DNA of 64,000 nucleotides from Planctomycetota bacterium (GCA_022705325.1 JAKJER010000003.1:181419-245418), one strand, 5' to 3'. Numbered from the stretch's first letter, positions 42,403 to 51,098 are shown. The notes: a model not told the origin generated them from the letters alone. A program made the numbers and translations.

Positions 42403-43605
42403 ATGAGTCGCTTCTACGAGTATGTCGCCCGGAACACGGCCGGGGAAGAAGTCGCCGGCACGATGCAGGCCGACAGCGAGGCGGCCGTTGCCCGCACGCT
42501 CAACGAGCGTCAACTCTTTCCGGTCCGCGTAAGCGAGCAGGCTGACGCCGGCCAGTCCACCCGGCGCCGCAGGGGCAAGATCGCTCTGCGCCATGTCGGG
42601 GCGTTCTATGGGCAACTCAGCGACCTGCTCCAGGCCGGCGTGCCCATGATGCGGGCCCTGGACACCCTAGTCCGCTCATCGGTCAACCCCGTGTTCACGC
42701 CGATCATGCAGAAGGTTCGCGATGAGGTGTCGGCGGGCAAGACGCTGGCCGACGCGATGGCGGAGCATCCCGAGGCCTTCACCTCGCTCCATACCGCCAT
42801 GATCCGCGCCGGCGAGGCTGCGGGTTTCCTGGAAGACGTGCTGGCCAACCTGGCCCAGTTCATCGAGCGCGTGGACGACCTCCGCAGCCGTGTCCGCGGG
42901 GCCATGATCTACCCCATGATGCTCACGATTTTCGGGCTGGCGGCCATGGTGTTCATCCTCATTGTCCTGGTACCCCAGTTCAAGCCGGTCTTTAAGAACA
43001 TGCCCCTGCCTCTGCCCACTCTGGCGCTGTTTGGCCTGAGCGACCTGCTGGTCCAGTACTGGCATGTGGCGGGCGCCATGGCGCTACTGGGCCTGCTGGG
43101 GCTGCAGTTCGCACTCTCCAGTTCCTGGGGCAAGCAAAAGTGGGAGCGATGGCGCCTCAAGCTGCCCCTGCTGGGCCGCGTGACCACCATGGTCAGCATC
43201 ACCCGGTTCTGCCGCATCCTGGGCACCATGCTGGCCAACGGTGTGCCCATCATCCAGGCCCTGAACATCTCCAAGGACGCCACCGGCTGCACGGTCCTGG
43301 CCGGCCATATCGAAAAGGCCACCGACAACGTCCGCGCGGGCGAACCCCTGGCCCATCCGCTCAAAGAGAGCGGACTCTTCCCAGCCGAGATCATCGAGAT
43401 GATCGCCGTCGCCGAGGAGTCCAACCAACTCGACAAGGTTCTTGTCCAGATCGCCGATACCGTTGAACGCAGGACCAACCGCCAGGTAGACGTGGCCGTC
43501 CGCCTGGTCGAACCGCTCATCCTGGCCCTGATCGCAGGGGCCATCGGGTTCATGGCCGTCGGGCTTTATTACCCGATCTTCAACATGGCCAAGACGTTGC
43601 GCTAG
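42403..43605 (+). CDS. gspF: Type II secretion system platform protein (GspF/PilC family)
   Basis: 400 aa with two T2SSF repeats (FYGQLSDLLQAGVPMMRAL; FCRILGTMLANGVPIIQAL) and three TM segments. Confidence 0.92.
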   Translation: MSRFYEYVARNTAGEEVAGTMQADSEAAVARTLNERQLFPVRVSEQADAGQSTRRRRGKIALRHVGAFYGQLSDLLQAGVPMMRALDTLVRSSVNPVFTPIMQKVRDEVSAGKTLADAMAEHPEAFTSLHTAMIRAGEAAGFLEDVLANLAQFIERVDDLRSRVRGAMIYPMMLTIFGLAAMVFILIVLVPQFKPVFKNMPLPLPTLALFGLSDLLVQYWHVAGAMALLGLLGLQFALSSSWGKQKWERWRLKLPLLGRVTTMVSITRFCRILGTMLANGVPIIQALNISKDATGCTVLAGHIEKATDNVRAGEPLAHPLKESGLFPAEIIEMIAVAEESNQLDKVLVQIADTVERRTNRQVDVAVRLVEPLILALIAGAIGFMAVGLYYPIFNMAKTLR

Positions 43606-43741
43606 CCGCCCAGGGGCGAGAGAGGGTTTCGATGGAATTTCACGCCGACGCGCCAAGCAATTCGCCGCAGCAGCGTTAACCATATAACAGAAGTTGGGCG
43701 GCACCGAGGCCGCCGGACGCGAGACAGGAGAAAGGAACACA

Positions 43742-44209
43742 ATGATTGCGTCGCGAACAACTGGAAGAGGCTTTACGCTGGTCGAGGTGCTGCTGGTCAT
43801 CGTGATCATTGCCATGCTGGCTGGCGTGGCGATCGTGGCCTTCCCGGGCATTCTCAGCGGGGCCAAGGAAGATACCACGCGCCAGAAGCTCAAGGCCGTC
43901 GCCAACGTCCTGGACACGTACAACCTCCACATGGGGCACTACCCCACCGAAGAAGAGGGCGGTCTCAAGGCGCTGACGGTCAAGCCCGAGGTGGATGAGA
44001 AAGCCGCCGAGAAGTGGCGGGGGCCTTATCTTACCGAAGACCCCGTGGACGCCTGGGGCAATGAGTTCGTCTACATGCCCACGGCCCCCGAGACCTCCGG
44101 AGAGAAGACCGGCCCGGCCTACACCCTTTTCTCCAAGGGCCCCGACGGGCAGGAAAACACCGAGGATGATGTGTCGGCCCAACCCAAGAGCGAAGACTAC
44201 GAGAAGTAG
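43742..44209 (+). CDS. gspG: Major pseudopilin GspG
   Basis: ATG 43742 is preceded by AGGAGAAAGG. The prepilin motif is MIASRTTGRG/FTLVEVLLVIVIIAML. The T2SS_G signature WRGPYLTEDPVDAWGNEFVY argues for a T2SS-type pseudopilin rather than a T4 pilin. Confidence 0.9.
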   Translation: MIASRTTGRGFTLVEVLLVIVIIAMLAGVAIVAFPGILSGAKEDTTRQKLKAVANVLDTYNLHMGHYPTEEEGGLKALTVKPEVDEKAAEKWRGPYLTEDPVDAWGNEFVYMPTAPETSGEKTGPAYTLFSKGPDGQENTEDDVSAQPKSEDYEK

Positions 44210-45029
44210 CCTCGCAACGGCTGGCAATAGACAGGAGCGGCGCCGGACGCGTCTGCAGGCTTCGGCGCCGTCTCTTTGCGCTGCGCACCGGGGCCGAGGC
44301 GGCTTCACGCTCATAGAGACCTTCGTCACCCTTGTCCTGCTGAGCCTGCTGGGCGGACTGGTTATCGTCAACTTCCATTCCTGGCGGCGGGGCTACAACC
44401 TGGAGGAAGGCGCCCTCCAGGTGGAGACGCTTCTGCGCCTGACGCGAGCCGAGGCTGCACGCGTGGGCCTTCGCTTCCGCCTGCAGGCCGACGAGGAGAC
44501 CGGCACACTCCAGGTCCTCTACGAGCCCAAGCCTCTGGAAGAACCCGGGACCTTCGTCCCCTATCGCGACGCTTCGTGGGTCACCTACACCCCCGAGGCG
44601 ATGGTCCTCGTCAAACGTATCCGCCTGAGCGGCCCGGCGGCCTTCCGCACCATGAGTATTCAGCAGATCGAGGGCGGCGAGCAGAGCGAGTTCGAGCCGA
44701 TCACGCTCTACCCCGACGGCTCGTGTGACTCGGCCCTGATTGAGTTGGCCGACACGGAAGAACTCGAAGACGATCCGACACAAGCCCATCGCGCCTTGCT
44801 GATCCTGGACGGCGTGCACTGCGTGATCAATCCGCATTACATCACGCCGTCCCAATACGAAGAGTACAAGACGACCCCGTTCAACCCGGAGAATCCCAAG
44901 GCGGTCATCCCCCCGCCCCCAGAGGAAGAGGGCGAGGACCCGTACGCCCCGCCGCCGGAACCGCCCCCGCCGGGCAAGATCATCAACAAACCCTCCGGCA
45001 ACGGAAAGAACCCCAGCCTCATGGGGTAG
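44166..45029 (+). CDS. Minor pseudopilin (GspH-like), start uncertain
   Basis: The prepilin motif is RGRGG/FTLIETFVTLVLLSLLGGLVIV and a GspH-like region follows (NLEEGALQVETLLRLTRAEAARVG). No ATG, GTG or TTG lies between the gspG stop and the motif. The candidates are ATG 44166 (overlaps gspG, 42-aa leader) or CTG 44253. The C-terminus has a Pro-rich tail (PPPPEEEGEDPYAPPPEPPPPGK). Confidence 0.6.
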   Translation: MMCRPNPRAKTTRSSLATAGNRQERRRTRLQASAPSLCAAHRGRGGFTLIETFVTLVLLSLLGGLVIVNFHSWRRGYNLEEGALQVETLLRLTRAEAARVGLRFRLQADEETGTLQVLYEPKPLEEPGTFVPYRDASWVTYTPEAMVLVKRIRLSGPAAFRTMSIQQIEGGEQSEFEPITLYPDGSCDSALIELADTEELEDDPTQAHRALLILDGVHCVINPHYITPSQYEEYKTTPFNPENPKAVIPPPPEEEGEDPYAPPPEPPPPGKIINKPSGNGKNPSLMG

Positions 45030-45101
45030 TCGCAGGCATGCCGCACTCCCTGGACCGCAGACCCATGCAGCAACCGGCAAGAAAGGAATCGCACAAGTCC
45101 G

Positions 45102-45593
45102 ATGGCTCCCCTGGCTGACAGCTTCGGTGCCTGGTCGGCGAGTCGGCGCGGCGGCATCCTGTTGGAGGTCGTCCTGGCGATGGTGCTGTTCTTCTCGGCC
45201 GGGGCGGTCATTCTGGCCGGGCTGGGCAGCGCCGTGCGCGGCATGGAGCAGCTTCGCCTGGACGCCCAGGCGGCCGACCTGGCTGTCACGCTGCTTTCGC
45301 GCCTGCAGATCGGCGACCTGGAACTGACCGACGCCGGGCCCACCGAGTTCGAACCCATTGAGGGCCCCGAGCAGGAACTGGAAGGCTGGACGTGGCAGGT
45401 GATCACCACCGAGATGCAGGACACCATCGATGCCGGCGGGCCCACGGGCAAACTCGTCCAGGTGATCGTGAAGAACGAACAGAAAGGATACTCCTACCGC
45501 CTTTCGCAGTGGTTGGCCACCGATGAGTCGGGCCAGGTGGTGACCGCCGCGACCCAACCCGCCGCCAGCGCCAGCGAGGAGGACCTGCCATGA
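45102..45593 (+). CDS. Minor pseudopilin (GspI-like) with atypical cleavage motif
   Basis: 163 aa. The motif SRRGG/ILLEVVLAMVLFFSAGAVIL has Ile instead of Phe at +1 but retains Glu at +5. Size and position fit GspI. Confidence 0.55.
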   Translation: MAPLADSFGAWSASRRGGILLEVVLAMVLFFSAGAVILAGLGSAVRGMEQLRLDAQAADLAVTLLSRLQIGDLELTDAGPTEFEPIEGPEQELEGWTWQVITTEMQDTIDAGGPTGKLVQVIVKNEQKGYSYRLSQWLATDESGQVVTAATQPAASASEEDLP

Positions 45594-46303
45594 AGCGGGG
45601 CGGCTTCACACTCTTCGAGGCCCTGTTGGCCATTGGATTGTCCATCGGCATCGTCGGCGGGACGATGGCCCTGTACCAGCAGGCCGTCATGATCCGCCAA
45701 CGCATCAGCGAGGACCTCGAGGTCCTGACGGCCGAGCGGATCATCATGGACCGCATGACGCAAGAGATGCGTGCCGCGATCGTCTACCCGTTCCTTGGCT
45801 TTGGCCTGGAAGGCCAGGCCGACAGCATCACGTTCATGACCGCGACCGTCCCGGGCCCGGCTGCCTGGGCGGTTCGATCAGGATCCGAAGACCCCGTCCC
45901 ACCGGAGACGGACCTGCAACTGGTGACGTATCGCATGCGAACGTACGAGGATGACTACGGCATGCTCCAGGTCGCGGGGATCGAGCGAAGCTGCCAGCGG
46001 ATCCTGTCCTCCCCCACCGCCCAGGAAGGGGCCGACGTGTCCACCGTCCTGCTGACCCCCTACATTCAGCACATGCAGTTCGCCTTCTTTGACGGATCAG
46101 GCTGGACCAACATCTGGCAGGACAAGGGGCTCCCCCTGGCCGTCGAGGTGACGATGGGTTTCCCGCCCCTGCCCGAAGAGGTCGAGGCCCAGGATTATCC
46201 CTACCCGGTCTTTCGGCGCATGATCTACCTGCCCGGCGCGACCACCTCGCTCCAGGGCCCGCTCATCCGCGGGCTGGGCGGACGGAGAGGAGGGGGACGA
46301 TGA
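45590..46303 (+). CDS. Minor pseudopilin (GspJ-like)
   Basis: 237 aa starting MKRGG/FTLFEALLAIGLSIGIV. The start overlaps the previous stop (ATGA at 45590-45593) and is preceded by GAGGAGGA. Confidence 0.6.
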   Translation: MKRGGFTLFEALLAIGLSIGIVGGTMALYQQAVMIRQRISEDLEVLTAERIIMDRMTQEMRAAIVYPFLGFGLEGQADSITFMTATVPGPAAWAVRSGSEDPVPPETDLQLVTYRMRTYEDDYGMLQVAGIERSCQRILSSPTAQEGADVSTVLLTPYIQHMQFAFFDGSGWTNIWQDKGLPLAVEVTMGFPPLPEEVEAQDYPYPVFRRMIYLPGATTSLQGPLIRGLGGRRGGGR

Positions 46304-46324
46304 TGATTGCTGATTACGGATCGC

Positions 46325-46376
46325 GGATTGCCGATTGCAGACGATTGACGATTGTCGATTGTCGATTCTCGACTCG
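46325..46376. repeat. Degenerate heptamer tandem array (CGATTGN) in the gspJ-like / gspK spacer
   Basis: The units are ggattgc cgattgc (aga) cgattga cgattgt cgattgt cgattct cgactcg. This AT-richer patch lies in the 158-nt spacer. A direct decamer repeat ccgcagtccg (46436-46445 and 46451-46460) follows just before ATG 46462. Confidence 0.7.
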
Positions 46377-46461
46377 TCCTCGGTGTCCCAGCGTCCAGTC
46401 GCGAGTTGGGAATCGAAGATCGCATACGGAGAATTCCGCAGTCCGTGATCCGCAGTCCGCA

Positions 46462-47865
46462 ATGGCGAAGGGCACGATCCTGGTGGCGGTGCTCGTCGTG
46501 ACGGCCCTGGCGTCGATGGTGGCGGTGACGGCAATGTACCGCATGCACAGCGAAAGCGCCGCTTGCGCCGCCAGCACCCTCAACGAGCAGGCGCACGCCG
46601 CGGCCATGAGCGGCATCGCCCGCGTGACCGCACTGCTGCGCGTCGTTCGCGAGAGCGGGATCGATCTGTACGACAACCCCGGCCTGCTTCGCACCCAACT
46701 CGTCTGCGACGACGGCATTAACAAGTGGTACTTCACCATCTACGCGGGGGTTGACGCCCCGGGCTTCGGCGGCTCGACATTCGACTCCGCCGGGGACGCC
46801 AAGGTCCGCTACGGCGTGATCGACGAGGCCGCCAAGATCAACATCAACTTCGCCACGCCCGAGTCGCTGCTGGCCCTGCCCGGCATGAACGAGGAACTGG
46901 CCGACTGCCTTGTCGACTTCCGCGACCGCGACAACGAACCCCTGCCTAACGGCGCCGAGCAGGAATACTACGACCAACTCCCCCGTCCTTACAAAGCCAA
47001 GAACGGGTTCTTCTTCACCCTGGAAGAGACGCTGCTGGTCAAGGGCTTCAACGGATCGATCCTGTACGGCGAAGACGCCAACCTCAACGGGATGCTCGAG
47101 CCGAACGAGGACGACGGGGACGCGACCTTCCCGGCCGACGACTCGGACGGGCAACTCAATCCCGGCCTGCGCGGGCTGGCCACCACGCTGACCTACGAAC
47201 CCGACGTCGACAACGAGGGCCAGGCCCGCACCAACCTCAATACGGCCGTCCGCTCCGTCGAGGGCCTCGACCCGCGCACAACGGCGTTCATCCAGGCGTA
47301 CCTGGCCGACAAGAACGTCTTCACGCATCCGAGTCAACTGCTGAACATGGAGTACCGTCTGAAAGCGGACCAGCCGACCAAGGCCGGCCAAACGGGCCGA
47401 AAGGCCGGCGAGGTCATCTACTCCTACGTAGACGCCTCGACGCTGCCGCTGGTGCTGGATCGCCTGACAACCAATCCTTCCAAGATGCCCCTTTTCGGGC
47501 TGCTCAACGTGAACAGCGCACCGGCGGGCGCGCTAGCCGCCGTGCCGGGCATGGACGCCGACCTGGCGCGGCGGATCGTGGACGCTCGGGCTTCCATCGC
47601 CCCCGAAGCCCGCGCCACGACGGCGTGGCTGTTCACCGAGGGACTGATGGATGCCGATCGCTTCAAGCAGGTCGCCCCCCGGCTGACCGCACGCACCTTC
47701 CAGTACCGCGTCCAATGCGTGGGCTTCGGCTGGCCTTGCGGGCGGTATCGGGTCATCGAGGCCGTGGTGGACCTGGCCGGCGGGACGCCGAGACTGCTGT
47801 ACATGCGCGACCTGACGCGCATGGGAGTCCCCCTGCCGCTGAACGTGGACTCGGGCGAAGGATGA
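46462..47865 (+). CDS. gspK: Minor pseudopilin GspK
   Basis: 467 aa from ATG 46462. The hydrophobic N-terminus MAKGTILVAVLVVTALASMV lacks Glu+5, as is typical for GspK. GspK blocks are present (RYGVIDEAAKININFATPESLLALPGMNEELADCLVDFRD, EEYYDQLPRPYKAKNGFFFTLEETLLVKGF) along with a second HhH-like segment (LLNVNSAPAGALAAVPGMDADLARRIVDAR). Confidence 0.8.
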   Translation: MAKGTILVAVLVVTALASMVAVTAMYRMHSESAACAASTLNEQAHAAAMSGIARVTALLRVVRESGIDLYDNPGLLRTQLVCDDGINKWYFTIYAGVDAPGFGGSTFDSAGDAKVRYGVIDEAAKININFATPESLLALPGMNEELADCLVDFRDRDNEPLPNGAEQEYYDQLPRPYKAKNGFFFTLEETLLVKGFNGSILYGEDANLNGMLEPNEDDGDATFPADDSDGQLNPGLRGLATTLTYEPDVDNEGQARTNLNTAVRSVEGLDPRTTAFIQAYLADKNVFTHPSQLLNMEYRLKADQPTKAGQTGRKAGEVIYSYVDASTLPLVLDRLTTNPSKMPLFGLLNVNSAPAGALAAVPGMDADLARRIVDARASIAPEARATTAWLFTEGLMDADRFKQVAPRLTARTFQYRVQCVGFGWPCGRYRVIEAVVDLAGGTPRLLYMRDLTRMGVPLPLNVDSGEG

Positions 47866-48070
47866 TCGCGGATGCAGGAGACACAAGCGAAGAAAGGCCC
47901 GGCGCAGCAGGCGGCGGAGCGACGCAGTTCAGATGGCACATGGGAGCCCTTGCTGCTTTGCGGAACCGCCCCGAGGCGATTGTGTCTCTTTGAGGCCCTA
48001 AGACGTCGAATTTCCTTCCCGGTCCTGCGTTTAACTTGAACAGGATGCGCATGGACGCTGGAGATCGAGA

Positions 48071-50029
48071 ATGTCGGTTCTGTCGGGCGTGAAAAAGCTG
48101 GTGTCCGGTTTGCCGAGGCGGTTCACCGCGGTGGACTTCGACTCGCGCCAGATGCGCATCGTCCACGCCGAGCACGTGGGTGGGCGCATGCGGGTGCTCA
48201 AGCTGCATCAACTGGCCATGCCGCCGGAAACGGACCTGTCCAACGCCCAGTTGGTCGGACAGGTCCTGGGCAAGGGCATCCGCGATCTGGGGCTGTCCGG
48301 AACGGGCGTGCTGATGAATGTGCCCCGCGGACAGGCGGTGCTCAAGCCCCTCACGCTCCCCGCGCAGACTCCGCGACAGGAACTGCCAGCCATGGTCCAG
48401 TTCCAGATGGAGAAGGAACTCCCCTTCCGCCCCGAGGAAGCGGTTATCGACTTCACCATGGCTGAGCATTTCGACGCGGTCGCCAGCGCCGAACTCAGCG
48501 CCGCCGGCGCGGGCGTCAGCCTGTTGGTGTCGGCGGTGCGCCTGCCTGTCGTCGACTACTATCGCCGCGTCGCCGAAGCCGCGGGAGTCAAGCTCGCTCG
48601 CCTGGGGCTGAGACCCTACGCCAGCATTCAGTGCGTCGATGCCTGCACCCTGCGGGCGGAGAGCGAGACGGTCGCCATCGTCCACGTCACCCCGGACGAG
48701 ACGGAGATCAACGTCCTCCTGGGCGGGGGCCTGACGTTCAGCCGCTCGGCCGTCGTCACCGTCCTGCCCCCCAAGACCGGCAGCGACCCGGCGGTCAAGG
48801 AGACCGTAGACGCTCTGGCCACCGAGGTCGCCCGGAGCCTCCAGAGCTACCAGGCTGTCCAGGGCGGCAAGAAGGTCGACGCCATCCTCGTCGCCGGCGG
48901 GACGGGCATCGAGTCGCGGCTGGCCAGCCACCTGGCGCAGCGCCTGCTGACCAAGTGCGAGATATTCCACCCCGGCCCGGCCCTCGGCGTGCACAGCGAT
49001 GCGCCGGAGACCTCCGCCTTCATTGCGGCCCTTGGGCTGGCCGTCGGGCACTGCAGCAAGATCCTGCCTTTCGACTTCCTCGCCCCCAAGCGCCCCGTGG
49101 TCCGGCGCGATCTCAAGAAGATCCGCCGCATCGCCGCCCTGGCGATGGCCGGCGTTGTCCTCCTGGGCGCCGGCATCGCCTTCACCGCTCACCTCCAGGC
49201 CAAGCGGACCGTCCTGCAGAACCTTCGCAACAAGGTTGCCTCCGCACAGAAGGAGAACAAGGACGTCAAGGCCCTGCAGAAGCGGGTGAAGGCTTTCGAC
49301 ACGTGGCTGTCCGACAGCCGCAACTGGCTCGATCACTGGACCTATCTCAGTTGTCTCTTCCCGCCCTGCCAAGACGCTTATATCTCCGACTTCCGCGTCA
49401 ACCGCAGCGATGGCTCGATCAGCTTCATCGTCAAGGCCCGTGAGGCCGAAATCATCACCGACCTCGGAAAACGCCTCACCGAAGCCGGCTACGAGTTCCG
49501 CGCCGGGCGCGAGACCGCCACCGAGCAGGACCGTTACGGGTACCTCCACGCCGCCGACATGAAGGTGATCCTCCCGCCGAACCTGGAGATGAACCTGGCC
49601 AACATGGAGAAGCCCAAGCGCCCGGTCGACGACTCTTCCCTGGAGGACTTTCTCCGGCCCGGCTACAAGCCTGTGGGTTCGCCGAACCTGCGTCCGCCTG
49701 AAGGCTCCCCCCCCTCCGCCTCCGGCCCGGCGCCCTCGTCGTTGCCATCGTCACCGGAAGCGCCCGAGGCGCCCGCAGCTCCGACGGCGGCATCGCCTCC
49801 TCCTCAGCCCGCCGACGGATACATCGGAACCGACGGCAAGACCTACACGGGCCGGCTCGCCGTCGACCGCAAGCAGCACGAGAAGACGACGGAGCTGTAT
49901 TGGCAGAAGAAGGTGCGAGACCGCGAGAGAGAGAGCCAGCGAGAGGTCGAGAAGAAACGCGAGTTGGAGAAGGCGCGCGAGCGGGAACGCGAACGACGCT
50001 CCAGCCGCCGGGGGGACGGCAATGAATAA
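48071..50029 (+). CDS. PilM-like / PilN-like fusion protein (GspL-analogous assembly-platform component)
   Basis: 652 aa with GGAG 8 nt upstream. The N-terminal ~330 aa resemble the PilM/GspL actin-like cytoplasmic domain (VDFDSRQMRIVHAE, MVQFQMEKELPF, VAIVHVTPDETEINVLLGG, AILVAGGTG). One TM helix (IAALAMAGVVLLGAGIAFTA) and a PilN-like coiled-coil/periplasmic part follow. The protein ends in a Pro-rich segment and an Arg/Glu-rich tail (RDRERESQREVEKKRELEKARERERERR). Confidence 0.65.
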   Translation: MSVLSGVKKLVSGLPRRFTAVDFDSRQMRIVHAEHVGGRMRVLKLHQLAMPPETDLSNAQLVGQVLGKGIRDLGLSGTGVLMNVPRGQAVLKPLTLPAQTPRQELPAMVQFQMEKELPFRPEEAVIDFTMAEHFDAVASAELSAAGAGVSLLVSAVRLPVVDYYRRVAEAAGVKLARLGLRPYASIQCVDACTLRAESETVAIVHVTPDETEINVLLGGGLTFSRSAVVTVLPPKTGSDPAVKETVDALATEVARSLQSYQAVQGGKKVDAILVAGGTGIESRLASHLAQRLLTKCEIFHPGPALGVHSDAPETSAFIAALGLAVGHCSKILPFDFLAPKRPVVRRDLKKIRRIAALAMAGVVLLGAGIAFTAHLQAKRTVLQNLRNKVASAQKENKDVKALQKRVKAFDTWLSDSRNWLDHWTYLSCLFPPCQDAYISDFRVNRSDGSISFIVKAREAEIITDLGKRLTEAGYEFRAGRETATEQDRYGYLHAADMKVILPPNLEMNLANMEKPKRPVDDSSLEDFLRPGYKPVGSPNLRPPEGSPPSASGPAPSSLPSSPEAPEAPAAPTAASPPPQPADGYIGTDGKTYTGRLAVDRKQHEKTTELYWQKKVRDRERESQREVEKKRELEKARERERERRSSRRGDGNE

Positions 50030-51098
50030 GCGCGAGAAGACGATGGCTGGCCTGACCGCCGCCATGGCGGGGATCTTCCTGGGTTTCCTGACGATCAACG
50101 GCTTCGTGCTCAAACCGCTGCAGAAGATGGATGTCGACGCCCAGAAGCTCAGCGGGCAACTGGCGAGCTTGCAGCGAGAGAATGCAGCCCGCAAGAGCCT
50201 CGAGCCGCGTCTCAAGGAGTTGGTGTCGCGCTGCTTCGGCGGCGACGAACTCAAGGCGGGCGAGGAACTGCGGGCCCGGCTGGTGACGCTGATGGACCAG
50301 GCGGGGCTGTCCACCGAGAAGCGTCTGCTGAACCCGGTCACCGGACAGTCGGTCAGTGGCGCGTACAAGGAGATCGGACGGCGGGTACAGGTCAGCGGGA
50401 AGCTCGGCAACGCCGTCGACTTCCTCTATTTGCTCAATGCAGAGCCGCACCTGCACCGCCTGGACTCGCTCAGCCTCACACCCGCCCAGGGAGGCACCGT
50501 GGAGTTGAACCTGACCTACTCCACGCTCGTGCCAGCGGAGGGCTTGCCAGCCTCCAAGGACATCAAGCCGCTTCCCACGCAGCCCGCGCCCAACCTGCGA
50601 GAAGGCGAGCGGACACTGTACGATCCGATCGCGTCGCGAGATCTTCTGCGCCCGTACATCAAGCGCCCCCCGCCGCCTCCCCCGGTGCCGCAGCCCGTGC
50701 CCGCTGTTGCACGCCGCCATGATCCGCCCCCACCGCCTCCCCCGCCGCCAAAGACCAGCAGCGAGGGACGCTATCGCCTGGTCCTCATGCCGATGGCGCC
50801 GGGAGAGCCGTTCTCCGTGCTGGACCAGAGCACGCGCCAGACCTACTCCTACAACATCGGGCAGTTCCTGGGCGGCGGAAAGGTCGTCATGGTCGACTTC
50901 CGCCCCTGTCCCCTCCCGGACGACCCCGACACGATCTCGCCCAGCAGGCTCATTCTCCAGATCGGCGACGCCTACTGGGCCGTCGAGTATGGACAGACCC
51001 TCTCGGCCAAGCGACAATTGCGGAAGGATGAATTGCCTCCTGAATTGTCTGGCGCCGCAGCAGCGCCGGCCAGTCAACCGGCCTCGCCAGCCTCCTGA
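50022..51098 (+). CDS. PilO/GspM-like protein with C-terminal PilP/GspC-HR-like domain
   Basis: 358 aa, with an 8-nt overlap with the previous gene. It has an N-terminal TM (LTAAMAGIFLGFLTINGFVL), a coiled coil and a PilO-like domain (VSGKLGNAVDFLYLLNAEPHLHRLDSLSLTP). A Pro-rich linker (PPPPPPVPQPVP...PPPPPPPPK) follows. The last part is a ~90-aa beta-rich domain (YRLVLMPMAPGEPFSVLDQSTRQTYSYNIGQFLGGGKVVMVDF...LILQIGDAYWAVEYGQTL). Domain calls are by pattern only. Confidence 0.55.
   Translation: MNKREKTMAGLTAAMAGIFLGFLTINGFVLKPLQKMDVDAQKLSGQLASLQRENAARKSLEPRLKELVSRCFGGDELKAGEELRARLVTLMDQAGLSTEKRLLNPVTGQSVSGAYKEIGRRVQVSGKLGNAVDFLYLLNAEPHLHRLDSLSLTPAQGGTVELNLTYSTLVPAEGLPASKDIKPLPTQPAPNLREGERTLYDPIASRDLLRPYIKRPPPPPPVPQPVPAVARRHDPPPPPPPPPKTSSEGRYRLVLMPMAPGEPFSVLDQSTRQTYSYNIGQFLGGGKVVMVDFRPCPLPDDPDTISPSRLILQIGDAYWAVEYGQTLSAKRQLRKDELPPELSGAAAAPASQPASPAS

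Noticed and set aside
46300-46461. ATG 46300 as the gspK start (track ORF 46300..47865, beginning MMIADYGSRIADCRRLTIVDCRF).
   Set aside because: The first 54 codons translate the CGATTG heptamer array and lack any pseudopilin N-terminal helix. ATG 46462 gives the expected hydrophobic GspK N-terminus (MAKGTILVAVLVVTALASMV).
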